Shown here: one piece after another, positions 12,900 through 25,095 of the stretch
Layout: each line of letters opens with the position of its first letter
How positions within the stretch are numbered: position 1 is the first letter of the stretch
Source of the DNA: Chiloscyllium plagiosum
Lineage: Eukaryota
Assembly: GCF_004010195.1 (NCBI RefSeq)
Contig: NC_057719.1
Coordinates: 20,978,138-21,037,653, forward strand
Length of the DNA stretch: 59,516 nucleotides
Direction of reading: 5' to 3'
Notes under the pieces: model-generated
Told to the model about the DNA's origin: nothing
Database searches by the model: none
What the model saw: the letters and a program-made list of their open reading frames with translations, nothing else
Program-made: the position numbers and the translations under genes

Positions 12900-13630
12900 T
12901 ATGATATAGAAAAAGGCCTATTGTCCATGTCTGGACTGAATCTCCCAAATTAACATTATACCTTAATGCTGTTCTGCTGCTTTTTCCAAATAGCTTTACA
13001 CATTCCATCTGTTCAAACTGAAATGCTTCAATTTAACCTGCCTTCACCACAATTCCAGGCAGTGCGTTCTAGACATGGATCCCTTGTTGTGAGGTTTTTA
13101 CTCCTTGCATTAAATTTGCAAATCACTTTAAATCTGTACTCTTAATGAACAGGAATTGTTTCTCCCTATCAATTTTATCTAGATAGCTCCTGATGTTGAA
13201 AGCTTATATCAGATCTCCTTCTAATCTTCTCCTCTTCAAGGAGAACATTTTACATTTCTCCAATCTATTCTCATAACTGAAATTTCTCATTATTGAGCAC
13301 ATTCTTGAAAGAACCCTCTGTATTCTCTTTAATGTGTTCAAATGTTTCCTGAAGTGTGGTGCTGAGGACTGTACACAAGACCAGAGCTGTTATGTCACTA
13401 CTGTCTTGTGTAAATTCAGCATAACTGCCTTGCTTTCCTAATCTATCCTCTGCTAATAAAGCCCAATAATACCAAATGCTTTATTAACTGATCACCATCT
13501 GTCCTACCACCTTCTATGACCACCTAGGTCCCTCTCTTTCTATATTCCCTTAAGAATTAATAACTGTATTTCATATTTATTTCTGTTCTTCTGAGTACAC
13601 TTCTCTGCATTGAACCCCATCTGCCAACTT
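12900..13630 (-). mobile_element. Old CR1 3' fragment
   Basis: Degenerate CR1 RT C-terminal motifs (agtgtggtgctgaggactgtacacaa; gcattgaaccccatctgcca). Confidence 0.65.
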
Positions 13631-13930
13631 TCTCTCAACTACAGTGTGTTAGTTTTTCTGTCACACAACTGGTGAACTAAACAATGGGAAATAAGTTAAA
13701 ATTCGGAATACAGAGGAATCTTGACGATCCGAGTTCCAATTATCTGAAAATCGGATTATCCAAAGGAGATCTCGAGGTCCCGATAGATATATTACATCAA
13801 AGACGTGTTTCCAGCAGTGATCACATGTTTTGTTTACAGTGATTAAACAGGCACTGTTTTCAAATGACTGACCTCCCGTCCTCTCTCTCCCCACACTTTC
13901 CCTGGAGTTTTACATAGGGGTGTACCCTAA

Positions 13931-14589
13931 ACCTGCGCCCACACCTCCTCTCTCACCTCCATCCAAGGCCCCAAAGGAGCCTTCCACATCCATCAAAGTT
14001 TTACCTGCACATCCACCAATATCATTTATTGTATCCGTTGCTTCCGATGCGGTCTCCACGACATTGGGGAGACTGGACGCCTCCTAGCAGAGCACTTTAG
14101 GGAACAAATCTGGGACACCCGCACCAATCAACCACACCGCCCCGTGGCCCAACGTTTCAGCTCCCTCTCCCACTCTGCCGCGGACATGGAGGTCCTGGGC
14201 CTCCTTCACCGCCGCTCCCTCACCACCNNNNNNNNNNNNNNNNNNNNNNNNNNNNNNNNNNNNNNNNNNNNNNNNNNNNNNNNNNNNNNCTACCTGCCCA
14301 GCTCCTTTTCCACCTATCCACTCCACCCTCTCCTCCTTGACCTATCATCTTCATCCCCTCCCCCACTCACCCATTGTACTCTATGCTACTTTCTCCCCAC
14401 CCCTACCCTCCTCTCATTTGTCTCTCCAACCTTCAGGCACTCTGCCTGTATTCCTGATGAAGGGCTTTTGCCCGAAACGTCGATTTTCCTGCTCCTCGTG
14501 TGCTGCCTGAACTGCTGTGCTCTTCCAGCACCACTCTAATCTAAACTCTGGCTTCCAGCATCTGCAGCCATTGTTTTTACCTAGCTGAA
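13931..14589 (+). mobile_element. Penelope-like element (family A, Neptune-like): GIY-YIG endonuclease plus pLTR
   Basis: Translation from 13931: TCAHT...FTCTSTNIIYCIRCFRCGLHDIGETGRLLAEHFRE... (degenerate GIY-YIG). 10-bp TSD TGTACCCTAA at 13921-13930 and 14590-14599. Confidence 0.9.
14452..14483 (+). ncRNA. Minimal type-I hammerhead ribozyme motif
   Basis: tc-CTGATGA-a-GGGC-tttt-GCCC-GAAAC-GTC^ga; core intact. Confidence 0.75.
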
Positions 14590-14749
14590 TGTACCCTAAC
14601 CCCACCACCCTTCCCCAGATAATCTCTCCAACATTGTACTGTACACAGTAAAATGTGTGTGTAAGTGTGTTAGTTTTTCTGTCACGCAACTCGTGGACTA
14701 AACTATGGGAAATAAGTTAAAGTCCTGAATACAGTATAATGTTTATTCA

Positions 14750-15028
14750 GTATAAGGGGTTAGCCATTAAGGACTGAGACGTGGAAGAAACTCTTCACTC
14801 AGAGAGTTGCAAACCTGTGGAATTCTCTCTCACAGGTCGAAGCAGTACATTACATACATTCAAGAGGGAGCTGGACATGGCCTTTGTGGCTAAAGGGATC
14901 AAGGCACATGGAGAGAAAATGGGATTGGGAATCTGAAATTGCATGATCAAGCATGGTCATATTGAATGGCAGTGCAGTCTCAAAGAGCCGAATGGCCTAC
15001 TCCTGCACATATTTTCTATGTTTCTACG
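14750..15028 (+). mobile_element. CR1 3' end
   Basis: ttcactcagagagttg...gtggaattctct...gccgaatggcctactcctgc, tail ttctatgtttcta. Confidence 0.8.
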
Positions 15029-16303
15029 TTATTTAACAAGTACCAAATCTCTCCAATTTTATTCTTTCCTGATGCCATAGCACTGTTGTTCTGTCAGGGA
15101 AATGTTCTTCCTTTTGTAAGTTTAGCTAATGAGTATCAGCAGGTGATTTGACTGCAGGACTGCAGAGCTAAACGTGATGGGGTGCTACTGCACTGCCCAT
15201 ACATACCAAACAAACTCATATTATTAGGTACTATAATGCCTCAGTATGAAATAGGATGCAAATATATTTTGTACGTGTGTGTGTCTGTGTGTGTTCATGC
15301 GTGTTTGTTTGTGTGTGATGGTTAGTTGGATAATATATACATAATTATTTCACATGCAACCATCCTTCTCAGAATGTGAAGGAATTGACAAATGGGCATG
15401 ATAAAATTAGATGGATAATGAAACACATGAAGTTTTACAGCTTGTGAGACTTCAGAACTGGGACAATTATCATCAGAAGAGAACTGTCAGATGGTGTGAA
15501 GAGAACAGTCTGTGAATCTGCCAGTGAGAAAGACACAGTGGGAAAAGGCCAGTCAAAGGAAGAATTTATAGCAGGAGTAGCACCTACTCATCACTCTTTA
15601 TAAGAAGCAGTAGGAAAAGATTAATCAGATAACCACTGGGTAGCAGAAGGAAACTTCATCACTCCACACCTCTTAACCCCCTCAGCAGATAAGAGCAATC
15701 TTTATATAAAAGTTGTCGCAGCTGAGAAAAAACTTGAGAATTTAAGTAAAATCAAATTACCTTAAGGCATGTAATTAATAGTTTGAAGCCAGGATTAATT
15801 CAGACAGATGAAGCCAATACATCAACCTTACAGCATTGGCTCATTCTCTAACTTAATAAGATGGTCACATGTCCCTTGTCAAGAGCATTATCAATCAAAG
15901 TTTGACAATAAATGTATCAATAAATTTTAGGGCAAGGAGAGTTTGTCTTCCTTCCTCTCTTTTACTGGGGGAAACATCTATTAGATTCCACCCCGACCAA
16001 ATACTGAAAACACATCTTTCTCTTATCTTGCCTCATGCCTGTTCTATGCTCATTAGGACCATCAGACGCAGTTTCTTCCCTCTCAATCATACTCCCACAG
16101 GCTAACCACTCAACTTTCTTTTCTGGCTTCAATATAAACTGTATTTTTTTTCTTCTTTCACTGTACCTTTCTCCTTCAAAATTGGCCTTTTTATCTTTTT
16201 CTTCAAACATCTAAACCTACACCTCCATTACCCATTCTAACCTCCTTTTCTCCCCAAAACCCATGAATCTACTATTGCCTCCCAAACCAGGATTTATCTT
16301 CCT

Positions 16304-16629
16304 TAGAATTCATAGAATCATACAGTGCAAAAAGAGTCCATTTGGCCCATTGAGTTTGCACTGACACTCCGAAGTGCATTCCACCCAAACTTCTACTTTA
16401 TTTACCATGGTTAATCCACCCAGCCTGCACATCCCCGCGTGCTACCAGGCAATTTGCTATCCACCTAATTTGCCCACATTTGGACTGTGGGAGGAAACCA
16501 GAGCACCTGGCAGAAACCTATACGAACACAGCCACAATGTGCAAACTCCACACAGGCAGTCACCCAAGTCTAGGATCAAACTTGGGTCTCTGGCGCTGTG
16601 AGGCAGCAGTGTTAACCACAGGGCCACCA
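16304..16629 (-). mobile_element. HE1-like tRNA-derived SINE
   Basis: Minus-strand head tggcc..gtggttaacactgctgcctcacagcgccagagaccc, V-domain-like core, CR1-type tail. Confidence 0.8.
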
Positions 16630-17094
16630 ATCCATGTTGGTTTTTTTTCAAAAAAGATACTGTTATGAGAAAAGTAAACTATAACTCGTTTTCAACCTAT
16701 CTGATAATTATACTATCTTCTCCCCAGTGTCGGTCCACTGTCTATTATAAGGCAACACTGACACACTTTTGTTCTGATCTAACCAAAGAGTCATCTGCAA
16801 ATGTTCGATTTCCTGTACCGGCACAGTTATCTCTTGTGTTTCCTTGAGGATGTATGCTGTTCCACTTCTACATGCTGCCCCCTTGACGACATGAACCAAA
16901 AGCATAACATCTGTTCCTAAATATAAACCAGCTCTATTTTCCACTACTCTCTCTACTTTTCTATTCTGTCCTTATTGCCATGCATCTCCATAAAATGGTT
17001 TGTGAACTGTGAATTAATATTACTTGTTTAGCCCTCTTCTAGTTTTCTTCAGTGTTTTTTTTTATATTTAAAGTAACCAATAGCAAAGCTTTTG

Positions 17095-18070
17095 AGTCAG
17101 AGAGTCATACAGCATGGGAACAGACCCTGTGATCCAACTAGTCCATGCTGATCATATTCTCAAACTAAAGTAGTCCTATATGTCTGCAGTTGATCCATGT
17201 CCCTCTAAACCTTCCCTATTCATGTACCTGTCCAAATGTTTAAACATTTCAACTGTACTTTCACTTCTTCTGACAGTTCATTCAACACGCTCACCATTGT
17301 GTAAAAAAGTTGTTCCTTATGTCCTTATTAAATCTTTCTCCTCTCGCCTTAAAAATACACTTCCTAGTTTTGCAGCCCCCACCCCCACCCCCTCCCCATA
17401 GTAGGGAAAAGATCTTTGCTATTCACCTTTTCTATGCCTCTCATGATTTTATAAACTTTTACAAGGCACCCTCAGTCTTCTACAATCCAGTAAAAAATGA
17501 CCCAGCCTACCCAATTTATTTTAATAACTCAAATACTCCATTCCCAGCAGCATCCTCGTAAAGCTTATGTGAATCCTCTCCAGTTTAATAGTATCTTTCC
17601 AATTACAAGGTGACCAGAAGTGCACACAGTATTCCAGAAGTGGCCTCACCAATGTCCAACCTCAACATAACATTCCCAACTCTTATTCTCAAAGTTTTGA
17701 GCAATAGATGCAAGTGTGCTAAATGCCTTCTTAACCACCCTGTCTATTTGTGATACAAATTTCAAAGAATTATGTTGATTTGATTTGATTTATTATTGTC
17801 ACATATGCCTAGGCACAGGCAGATCATACCATACAAAGAGCATAACAGGAATAGAACAGAACAAGGAATACAATATAATGGTTGCAGAGAAGGTACCTGA
17901 ACTCCTAGGTCTCTCTGTGCTGCCACACTGAGGCCCTATCATTAATTGCTTAAGCCCTACCCGTGTTTGTTTTACCAAAATGCAACGCCTCGCAACTATC
18001 CAAGTTAAACTCCATCTGCCACTCCTCAGCACACTGACTCAATAAATCAAGACCTCTTTGTAATCTTAGG
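17095..18070 (-). mobile_element. CR1 3' fragment with a nested short retroposon tail at about 17775-17893
   Basis: CR1 RT C-terminal motifs. The nested piece reads (minus) ...gtgacaataataaatcaaatcaaatcaa, like the insert at 21364. Confidence 0.75.
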
Positions 18071-18222
18071 TAGTTTTAAGCAAGATCAAAGATTAATTCA
18101 TTACATAACTATTGCAGAAAGTTACCACCTAAAACAACTGGCGGAATCTTTCCAGTCACTGACTGCTGTGGGCTTAGTTAGAAAGTTGGTAACATTGCAT
18201 GAAATAGACAGCAAGGACTTTT

Positions 18223-18507
18223 GTTAGATTACCTACAGTATGGAAACAGGCCCAACAAGTCCATACTGACCCTTCGGAGACTAACCCATCCAGACTAATT
18301 TCCTTACATTCACCCCTGACTAACACACCTAATAGTATAGGCAATTTAACTTGGCTAATTCACCTAACCTGCACATCTTTGGGAGGAAAACCACGTAGAC
18401 TTGGGGAGAATGTTCAAACTCCACACAGACAGTCACTCAAACTGGAATCAAGCCTAGGAGCCTGGTGCTGTGAGGCAGCAGTGCTAACCACTGAGCCACC
18501 GTGCCGC
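18223..18507 (-). mobile_element. HE1-like SINE
   Basis: Head ggcggcacggtggctcagtggttagcactgctgcctcacagcacc on the minus strand. Confidence 0.85.
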
Positions 18508-20220
18508 CTTGCTCCACCGCAAGAGCAAAATGCTCCTTTTTACACTCGAGTGCAAGATATTGAAATAGGAGTCTCATGAGTGAGTGGTGAGAGTTCTGTT
18601 AGCATGTATTTAATTTTATTAACAACTCAGTTTCAGTTAATCCTGCCTCATTGATATTCAGTTTTCCATTCTCCCACTCACCAGATAGAAACTCAGCAGT
18701 AACAATTCCCAACATAAGAGTCAGACAAGTTATATGCTGGATCCCAGCTTGCTACTGGTTCCTCCAGGCCTCCATCATGGACACCAGTCACCAGTCTCTT
18801 AGAATATACTCTATGGGCAGCAGCAGCATGCACCCTACCATCTGTAGTTGCTGGCAATGGACATAAAGCAGCCTCACCAGACCCTCATGTTTCATCTCCA
18901 ATCCATTTACATCATTCACAAGCATCTAATGCACAGACTAGATCAGGGTGTATCTCCCGGCTCATCATTTGCTCTCTTAGTGCTCAGTCACTTTGCACCT
19001 ACTCACAGCATCTCTGCCTTGTCTTGTCTTTTTGTGCTTTATACCTCAGCCAGAGTTTAAAGGCTTACAGTACATCTGTCATGCCTTGCTGTTTAGTGCA
19101 GACACAAAGTTGGCACTGGAAATGGAAAATGGCGGTGACTGCACCCAGAGTGGGTGGAATAAGTGCTCTTTCTCTGAACACGTTGGGCTTTACATGTGAA
19201 TGATATGGAGCTCTTCAAGGCAATAATCAGGACTTTCACAGTGAAATCATCTGGAATAGTGTTCTGTGAAATGCATGCATCGTTCAATTGTGTGGGGTGC
19301 AACTCCTGATCGAAAGCAATTTTGACCATCTCATTCATCATTGCAAGTATACAATTACCATCTCTGTGCAGCAGAAATAATCAGAGACAATCTTCAAAGT
19401 GTCACCTATGTGGCCATAAAGATAATGCAAGATTTCATGGACTGCACTGGGGCAAGAAACTGACTTCCTCTCACCTTGAGCTGTAAGTATTTGTCAGCAT
19501 GTTTTCATATGCAATGCTGCCTTTTTGAGTGACGTATGTTTGTGGGTACAGCCATGACCAAAAGGATTGTTGGTACAGGATCAACAATCTGTGTTGTCTG
19601 TGTTCTGCTTCTCCTATTACATTAACTCAAGGTTCCACAAGTGATATCACTTACAAAAACACTAACTAGAAGTAAGCCATGTCCACAGAACTTTTTCACC
19701 CCCTTGGGTGAATTAATTACCACCAGAAGTGTTTGTTAACTACACTCATTCGAGGCTTCTGAAAGTGCTGCAAAGATTAAGCTTGGGTTTTGGGTGTAAG
19801 TGCTTTGAACGGTTCTGATTGCCTTTCTTTTAAAAAAAAGCAGACATGAGGCATATTATGATCCTAGCTGACATTGCTGCTGTTTAAATCAAATCCTAGA
19901 ATGAAACCTGGTTTAATAAGTTGGAATGTCTTTCTTTAATTTCATCTGGTTGTCTTTCATTGAAGTAATAGTACACAATGTGGCAGATTTCGATCTCACA
20001 AAAAAGAAGTTTATTACACAAACAAAATTCAAATAAAATAAATTTAAACAAACTACTTTTTGAAAGATTTGAGTTTGGAAGATTTCAGATAGCACAGCTA
20101 AACAAAATCCCACCTACTCCTCAACACCATCTCTTTAAGGTTATCATAAATTCTCGAAAAATTCCTTCCCTATCTGTAGTCATTGGAACCAGGTGGATCT
20201 TGTTGACTACCTGAGCTAAT

Positions 20221-20299
20221 CAGATTCTGGATTGGTGGTGCTGGAAGAGCACAGCAGTTCAGGCAGCATCCGAGGAGCAGTAAAATTGACATTTCGGGC
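20221..20299 (-). mobile_element. Short Penelope family A pLTR fragment inside the Gypsy 5' LTR
   Basis: Near-identical to 9033-9111; absent from the 3' LTR. Confidence 0.85.
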
Positions 20300-21363
20300 A
20301 GCCCAGGCTGACCAATATATATAGGGGATTAGATGATTTTTTAAAATATAATCGGGGATATAGAATATTTTCAGTTCAGGGGATTGATTCCAAGCTGGTT
20401 TGGTATTGCTAGTGTACTGTGCATAAGTAAATAATGGGTGACTTTGTGATGGGATACTGCCCTCTATGCAGTTATTTAAGAGTTTATAGGAGAAAGCAGT
20501 AACTCCATAAAGAACTTTCACCCACAACAGTCATCTTAGAGAGTTGTGGTAAGTATTTCTGGCATCATGCCTTTATTTGCAAAGCTTGACTCGTTTGATC
20601 CAGCTGTTGAAGACTGGGCTAGTATTGGGAAAGAATGCAATTTTCTTTTCCAGGCAAATGACATCGGAGCAGATGAAAAGCAATGGGTAATCCATCTGAC
20701 TGCTTGCAGACCTGCAATATTTTCAGTATAAGGAGCTTACTGTTCCTGGAGGCGCCAGACATTGAAATCTTCCAAGAATTAGGGTAGAATTAGTTGACAA
20801 AGATTCACTAAATTGGTTCAACATTTTTCAATTAGAAAATGGCAGCCTCAGTGAAGTCCTAGTGAAACACCCAGGAGCTTTTCAGGAAGGGCTTGGGACT
20901 ATCAAACAGGCCAAAGCCACTTGACATGTTGACCCCAGGAAGCAATTCCACAATTTTGCGAAGCCTGCGCAGTGCCAGTTACCTTACAGGTAAAAGTAGG
21001 GGCAGAAATCAGGAGGTTGGAGAGCAAAGGAATCATTGAACCAGTGCAGTTTGCAGATCGGGCAGCACTAGTCATACTGATTGTGAGGCTTGATGGCTCA
21101 GTACACCCTTGTGAGGATTTTAAGCAAGTGGTAAAGTGTTTCTTGCAGTTGGATAAATACCCAATCCCTCGTAAACAAGACCTGTATGCAAAGTTGGCCA
21201 GTGGGTGGCTGTCCTTTATGAAACCGGATATGAGCCACACCTACCTGCAATTGCAGGGTTTATACCAATGCATAAGGCTGTCATTTGGGGTATGATCAGC
21301 CTGCACTCTTTTTCAATAGACTATGGTGAACATTTTATGCCCCAGGTTGCCATTTGTCTGGAT

Positions 21364-21650
21364 TGAATTGAATTGAATGAATTTATTGTCACGTGTACTG
21401 AGGCACAGTGAAAAGCTTTGTCTTGCAAGTAATACAGGCAGATCACAAAGTTAAGTAACATAGATAAGGAAATAATAGGTAAACAGCGGCAAAAACAAAA
21501 ACACAGGTTAAGGCGAATGTTAAGAGTTTGTGAGTCAATTCAGTATTCTAACAACAGTAGGGTAGAAACAGTTTCGAAACCAGTTGGCGTGTGTGTTCAG
21601 GCTTCTGCTCCTTCTCCCCAATGGTAGAGGTTGTGGAAAAACATTGCCGG
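21364..21650 (-). mobile_element. Non-LTR retroposon 3' end (Rex1/L2-like tail) inserted in Gypsy RT
   Basis: Minus strand ends gtgacaataaattcattcaattcaattca. It interrupts Gypsy RT at ...VAICLD / GKTTEEH. Confidence 0.7.
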
Positions 21651-24460
21651 GGGAAGACCACTGAAGAGCACTCGGAGAACTTGAACATAGTGCTTAAACA
21701 TTTCTCCCAGGCCAATGTACACCTTAGACAGGAAAAATGTGTGTTCCAGGCACCCATAATGACATACTTGGATTAGAGAGTCAACAAAACAGAATTATAC
21801 CCATTGAAAGATAGTGCGAGTGTGATCAAGGGAGTCCCGATTCCCATGTCTGTATCGGAGGTTAGGTCCTTCCTTGAGTTAAGGAATTATTGCGGAAAAT
21901 TCATACATAAATTGGCCTCCATCTTAGCATCCTTACACCTGCTATTGAAAAATGGTCAACCTCAGAAATGGTAGCGTAGCCAAGAAGTAGCCTTTAAGGA
22001 AGTCTAAAAGCAGCTATCGTCATCTAAGGTGTTGGCCCACTACGATCTGAAGCGAGAGGTGGTGCCGATATGCAATGCCTCATTGTAGAGTATCAGGGTA
22101 GTGCTGGTGGCCCAACAGAGAGGAACACCCAATAGCACATGCTTCCTGGACTTTGCCTGATGTCGAACGCAAATATGCCCAGATAGAGAGGGGAGGTTTG
22201 ATAGTCATCATTGGTGTGAGGAAGTTCCACCAGTACCTTAATGGATGGGAATTTGTCACAGTGACAGATCACAAACTTCTGCTAGGGCTACTGAAGGAAG
22301 ACAAAGCAGTGTCTCCCATAGCTTCTGGTAGAATTCAGCAGTGGGCCCTTATTCTCTGTGCATACAAGTTAGAACACTATCCAGGAAGCCAAGTGGTTAA
22401 TGCAGATGCCTTCAACCATGTCCTACTGGCAGATACACAACTGGCAGTGCCTCCCCTGGAAGACTCTGTTCTGCTTTTAAACTTCCTGGACACCCTTCCG
22501 GTCACCGCTGACAGTATCTGACTGTGGACACAAAAAATTCTGTCCTAGCAAAACTAAAACAGCGTGTGGTAACAGGGAGACAGAAGAGCCATTGCAGCCA
22601 GGATTGAAACCTTTCTGGACCCGGTAAGACCAGATCACCATAGAGGATGACATATTGCTATGGGGAGCAAGAGTGATTGTCCCAAGTAAAGGTCGCTGCC
22701 AGATACTGGTTAAAGTCCACCAGGGGCATCCAGAGGTTTCCAAGACAAAGATGCCAGCAAGACCCTATGTCTAGTGGTCAGCTTTGGATACCCAAATAGC
22801 TGCATTGGTGGGGCTGTGCCCAGAGTACTAACAAGGATAAAAATTGCCATGGGAATGGCTGGATAAACCCTGGATTCGGTTAAGTGTCAACAGTGCCAGT
22901 CTTTTCATATGCTCAATATTCCCGGTCATTGTGGGTGCCCATTCAAAGTGGTTGAATGTGCATACCGTTTGTTCAGCAAACTCAGGGGTGACAGTTGAGA
23001 AGCTGTAATCATCCTTCACAATACACAGACTCCCAGATGTATTGGACACAGAAAATGGGACACCATTTACCAACAGGGAATTTGAATATTTCCTGAAATC
23101 AAATGGTGTTTGACATGTAAGGACAGCTCCATACCATCCATTGTTCAATGGTCTAGCAGAAAGAGCATCCAAACATTGAAGGCAGGCTTGAAAAAGCAAC
23201 CTACAGCATCACTTGATACCAAACTGTCGCACTTCTTGTTTAATAATAGGACCACCCCTCACAGAAAAACAGAGTTGCTGATGGGGTGAAGATGCCGCAC
23301 CAGGTGTGGGGAGAGGTAGCGAATGGCAGCAGGAACACCAATGCCGGCCACCTGCCTCCTCTAAGTGAGAGAGACAATTTAATTTAGCGGACAAATTTTG
23401 GTGCCGAAACCATAGAAATCGCCCTGTATGGGGTTGATGCAAGGCTGAGTCCTGTAACTTACAAAGTTCAGGTAGACAATACAGTCCTGAACGAACATTT
23501 GGACCACCTGAAAGCTGTTGCCTTGCAGATGGGACAGGGACAAAATACACCTGACCTCTCTGAATAACAAGAAGGCCTGACAGAAACTGTAGATTCTCCC
23601 TGTCCATCCAGTGTTGAGGAAACTTTGGAGACCAAGATGGAGGCAGGTTCGATACCATTACTGCTGGAAGAAGAGGATGAAACTCTCCCAAGACACTTTG
23701 GATGCAAGGTCCTGCATATGTCGCCTGTGTCAGAGTCTGAATCAGACGGACTGGACTTGGGCCAAAAACGTTGCAGAGAAAGCTACAAGAGAAAGACCAG
23801 ACTGGCATCCCCGGATCCAGGGTAGGGAGGGATATACTGACTGGAACCAGATAGATTTCATTGGCTATGAGATCTTTGATTGGGGTTGTTAACCTGGATC
23901 AATCAGGGAGCCCTGGCTGACCAATACGAACAAGGGATTTAGAATCTCCTCAGTTCAGGGGACCGACTTTAGGCTGGTTGGCCACAGACAGTGTACTGTG
24001 CACAAGTAAATGAAGGGTGACTTGGTGATGGGATACTGGCTCCCTGTGCAGCTACTTCACTATCTCTTCTGTAGATTTGAATCGACTGCTTCATTTCAGT
24101 TCTGGTTTAATGTGCTCCGAGGCCTGTCCCTTTGACTACTCAGATAACTAGATCGTAGACTGTCTTAGCTCTGAATAATCAATATGGGTTTTTAACTGAA
24201 CACTCTGTCAGGGAATTCCACAAACAAAACTTTCACTGAAGCAACTGAAAAATCTTTAGGTTTGTGGAAGAAATCATATTTGCATCTATCTACTTTCAGT
24301 CACGCTGCATGGTTTATCAAGCTAAAAATCAATCCTTGATTATTCTAACCCCATAAGGAACCAAATATCTTTTATGTTTTCCCTCTCCCATCATACAATA
24401 TAACTATGATATAAATAAACATCTTTTAACACTCCAGGTGGCATTTACTTGTTTCAAATT

Positions 24461-24787
24461 GGCAAGGTGTCTCAGTGATAAGCACTGCTGCCTCACAGCA
24501 CCAGGACCCGGATTCGATTCCAACCTCGGACGACTGTCTGTGTGGAGTTTGCATATTCTCCTTGTCTGCATGGGTTTGCTCCAGATGGTCTGGTTTCCAC
24601 CCAGAATTCAAAGATGTGCAGGTTAAGTTGATTGGTCATGCTAAATTGCCCATAGTACGCAGGGTGTGTGGATTAGCCATGAGGAATGCAAGGATATAGG
24701 GATTGGGTCAGATGCTCTTGGAGGGTTCCTGTGGACTCAATGGGCTGAATGGCCTGCTTCCCCACTGCAGGGATTCTATTCTATGAT
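24461..24787 (+). mobile_element. HE1-like SINE
   Basis: tRNA-like head with A/B boxes (ggattcgattcc) and tail gattctattctatgat. Confidence 0.85.
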
Positions 24788-24819
24788 CAAAGTACTGCAA
24801 TTTGCACCCTCTGCATACA

Positions 24820-25095
24820 GATAAGTAGACCTTGTTTCGATATTTCATCTGAAAGACAGTATTTTCAACACTGCTGCTCTCTCTCTAGAGTGCAATGGAA
24901 TGCCAGTGTCGAAAAGTGTGGCTCTGGAAAAGCACAGCAGGTAAGGCAGCATCTGAGGAGCAGGAGATTCGATATTTCAGGCATAAGCCCTTCATCAGGA
25001 ATGTCAGGTGTAGATTGTTGTATTGAAGCCCCACAAAGGGACTTGGGCCCAGAACTTTGCAACTCAGTTGCAAGAGTGCGACTGACTGTGCCATG
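24820..25095 (-). mobile_element. Old Deu-domain SINE (SacSINE1/AmnSINE-like) with a nested short Penelope insert
   Basis: Minus strand: tRNA-like head, then ctgacattccattgcactctagagagagagcagcagtgttgaaaatactgtctttcagatgaaat, resembling the recalled Deu core. Confidence 0.55.
24910..25002 (-). mobile_element. About 90-bp Penelope pLTR insert carrying a hammerhead motif (24967-25002)
   Basis: Minus strand ATTC-CTGATGA-a-GGGC-ttat-GCCT-GAAAT-ATC^GAAT. Imperfect TSD ggaatgccagtgt / ggaatgtcaggtgt. Confidence 0.75.

Larger units (their letters stand above)
13709..14734 (+). mobile_element. Tigger/pogo-type MITE remnant interrupted by a Penelope insertion
   Basis: TA-CAGAGGAATCTTGACGATCCGA resembles the TIR of the MITE at 51450, with internal ATTATCCG-like subrepeats. 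No right TIR found. Confidence 0.6.
20175..24059 (+). mobile_element. Gypsy/Ty3 LTR retrotransposon, internally deleted, both LTRs present
   Basis: 5' LTR 20175-20479 begins TG; 3' LTR 23833-24059 ends CA; PPT AGGGTAGGGAGGGA at 23819-23832; TSD CTATC at 20170-20174 and 24060-24064. gag start (MPLFAKLDSFDPAVEDW), RT (DKYPIPRKQDLYAKL), RNase H (KYAQIER...KFHQYLNG...TDHK) and integrase (NGTPFT...APYHP..NGLAERA) lie in Gypsy order. Confidence 0.92.

Noticed and set aside
15274..15317. Degenerate (TG)n tract
   Set aside because: Ordinary decayed microsatellite.
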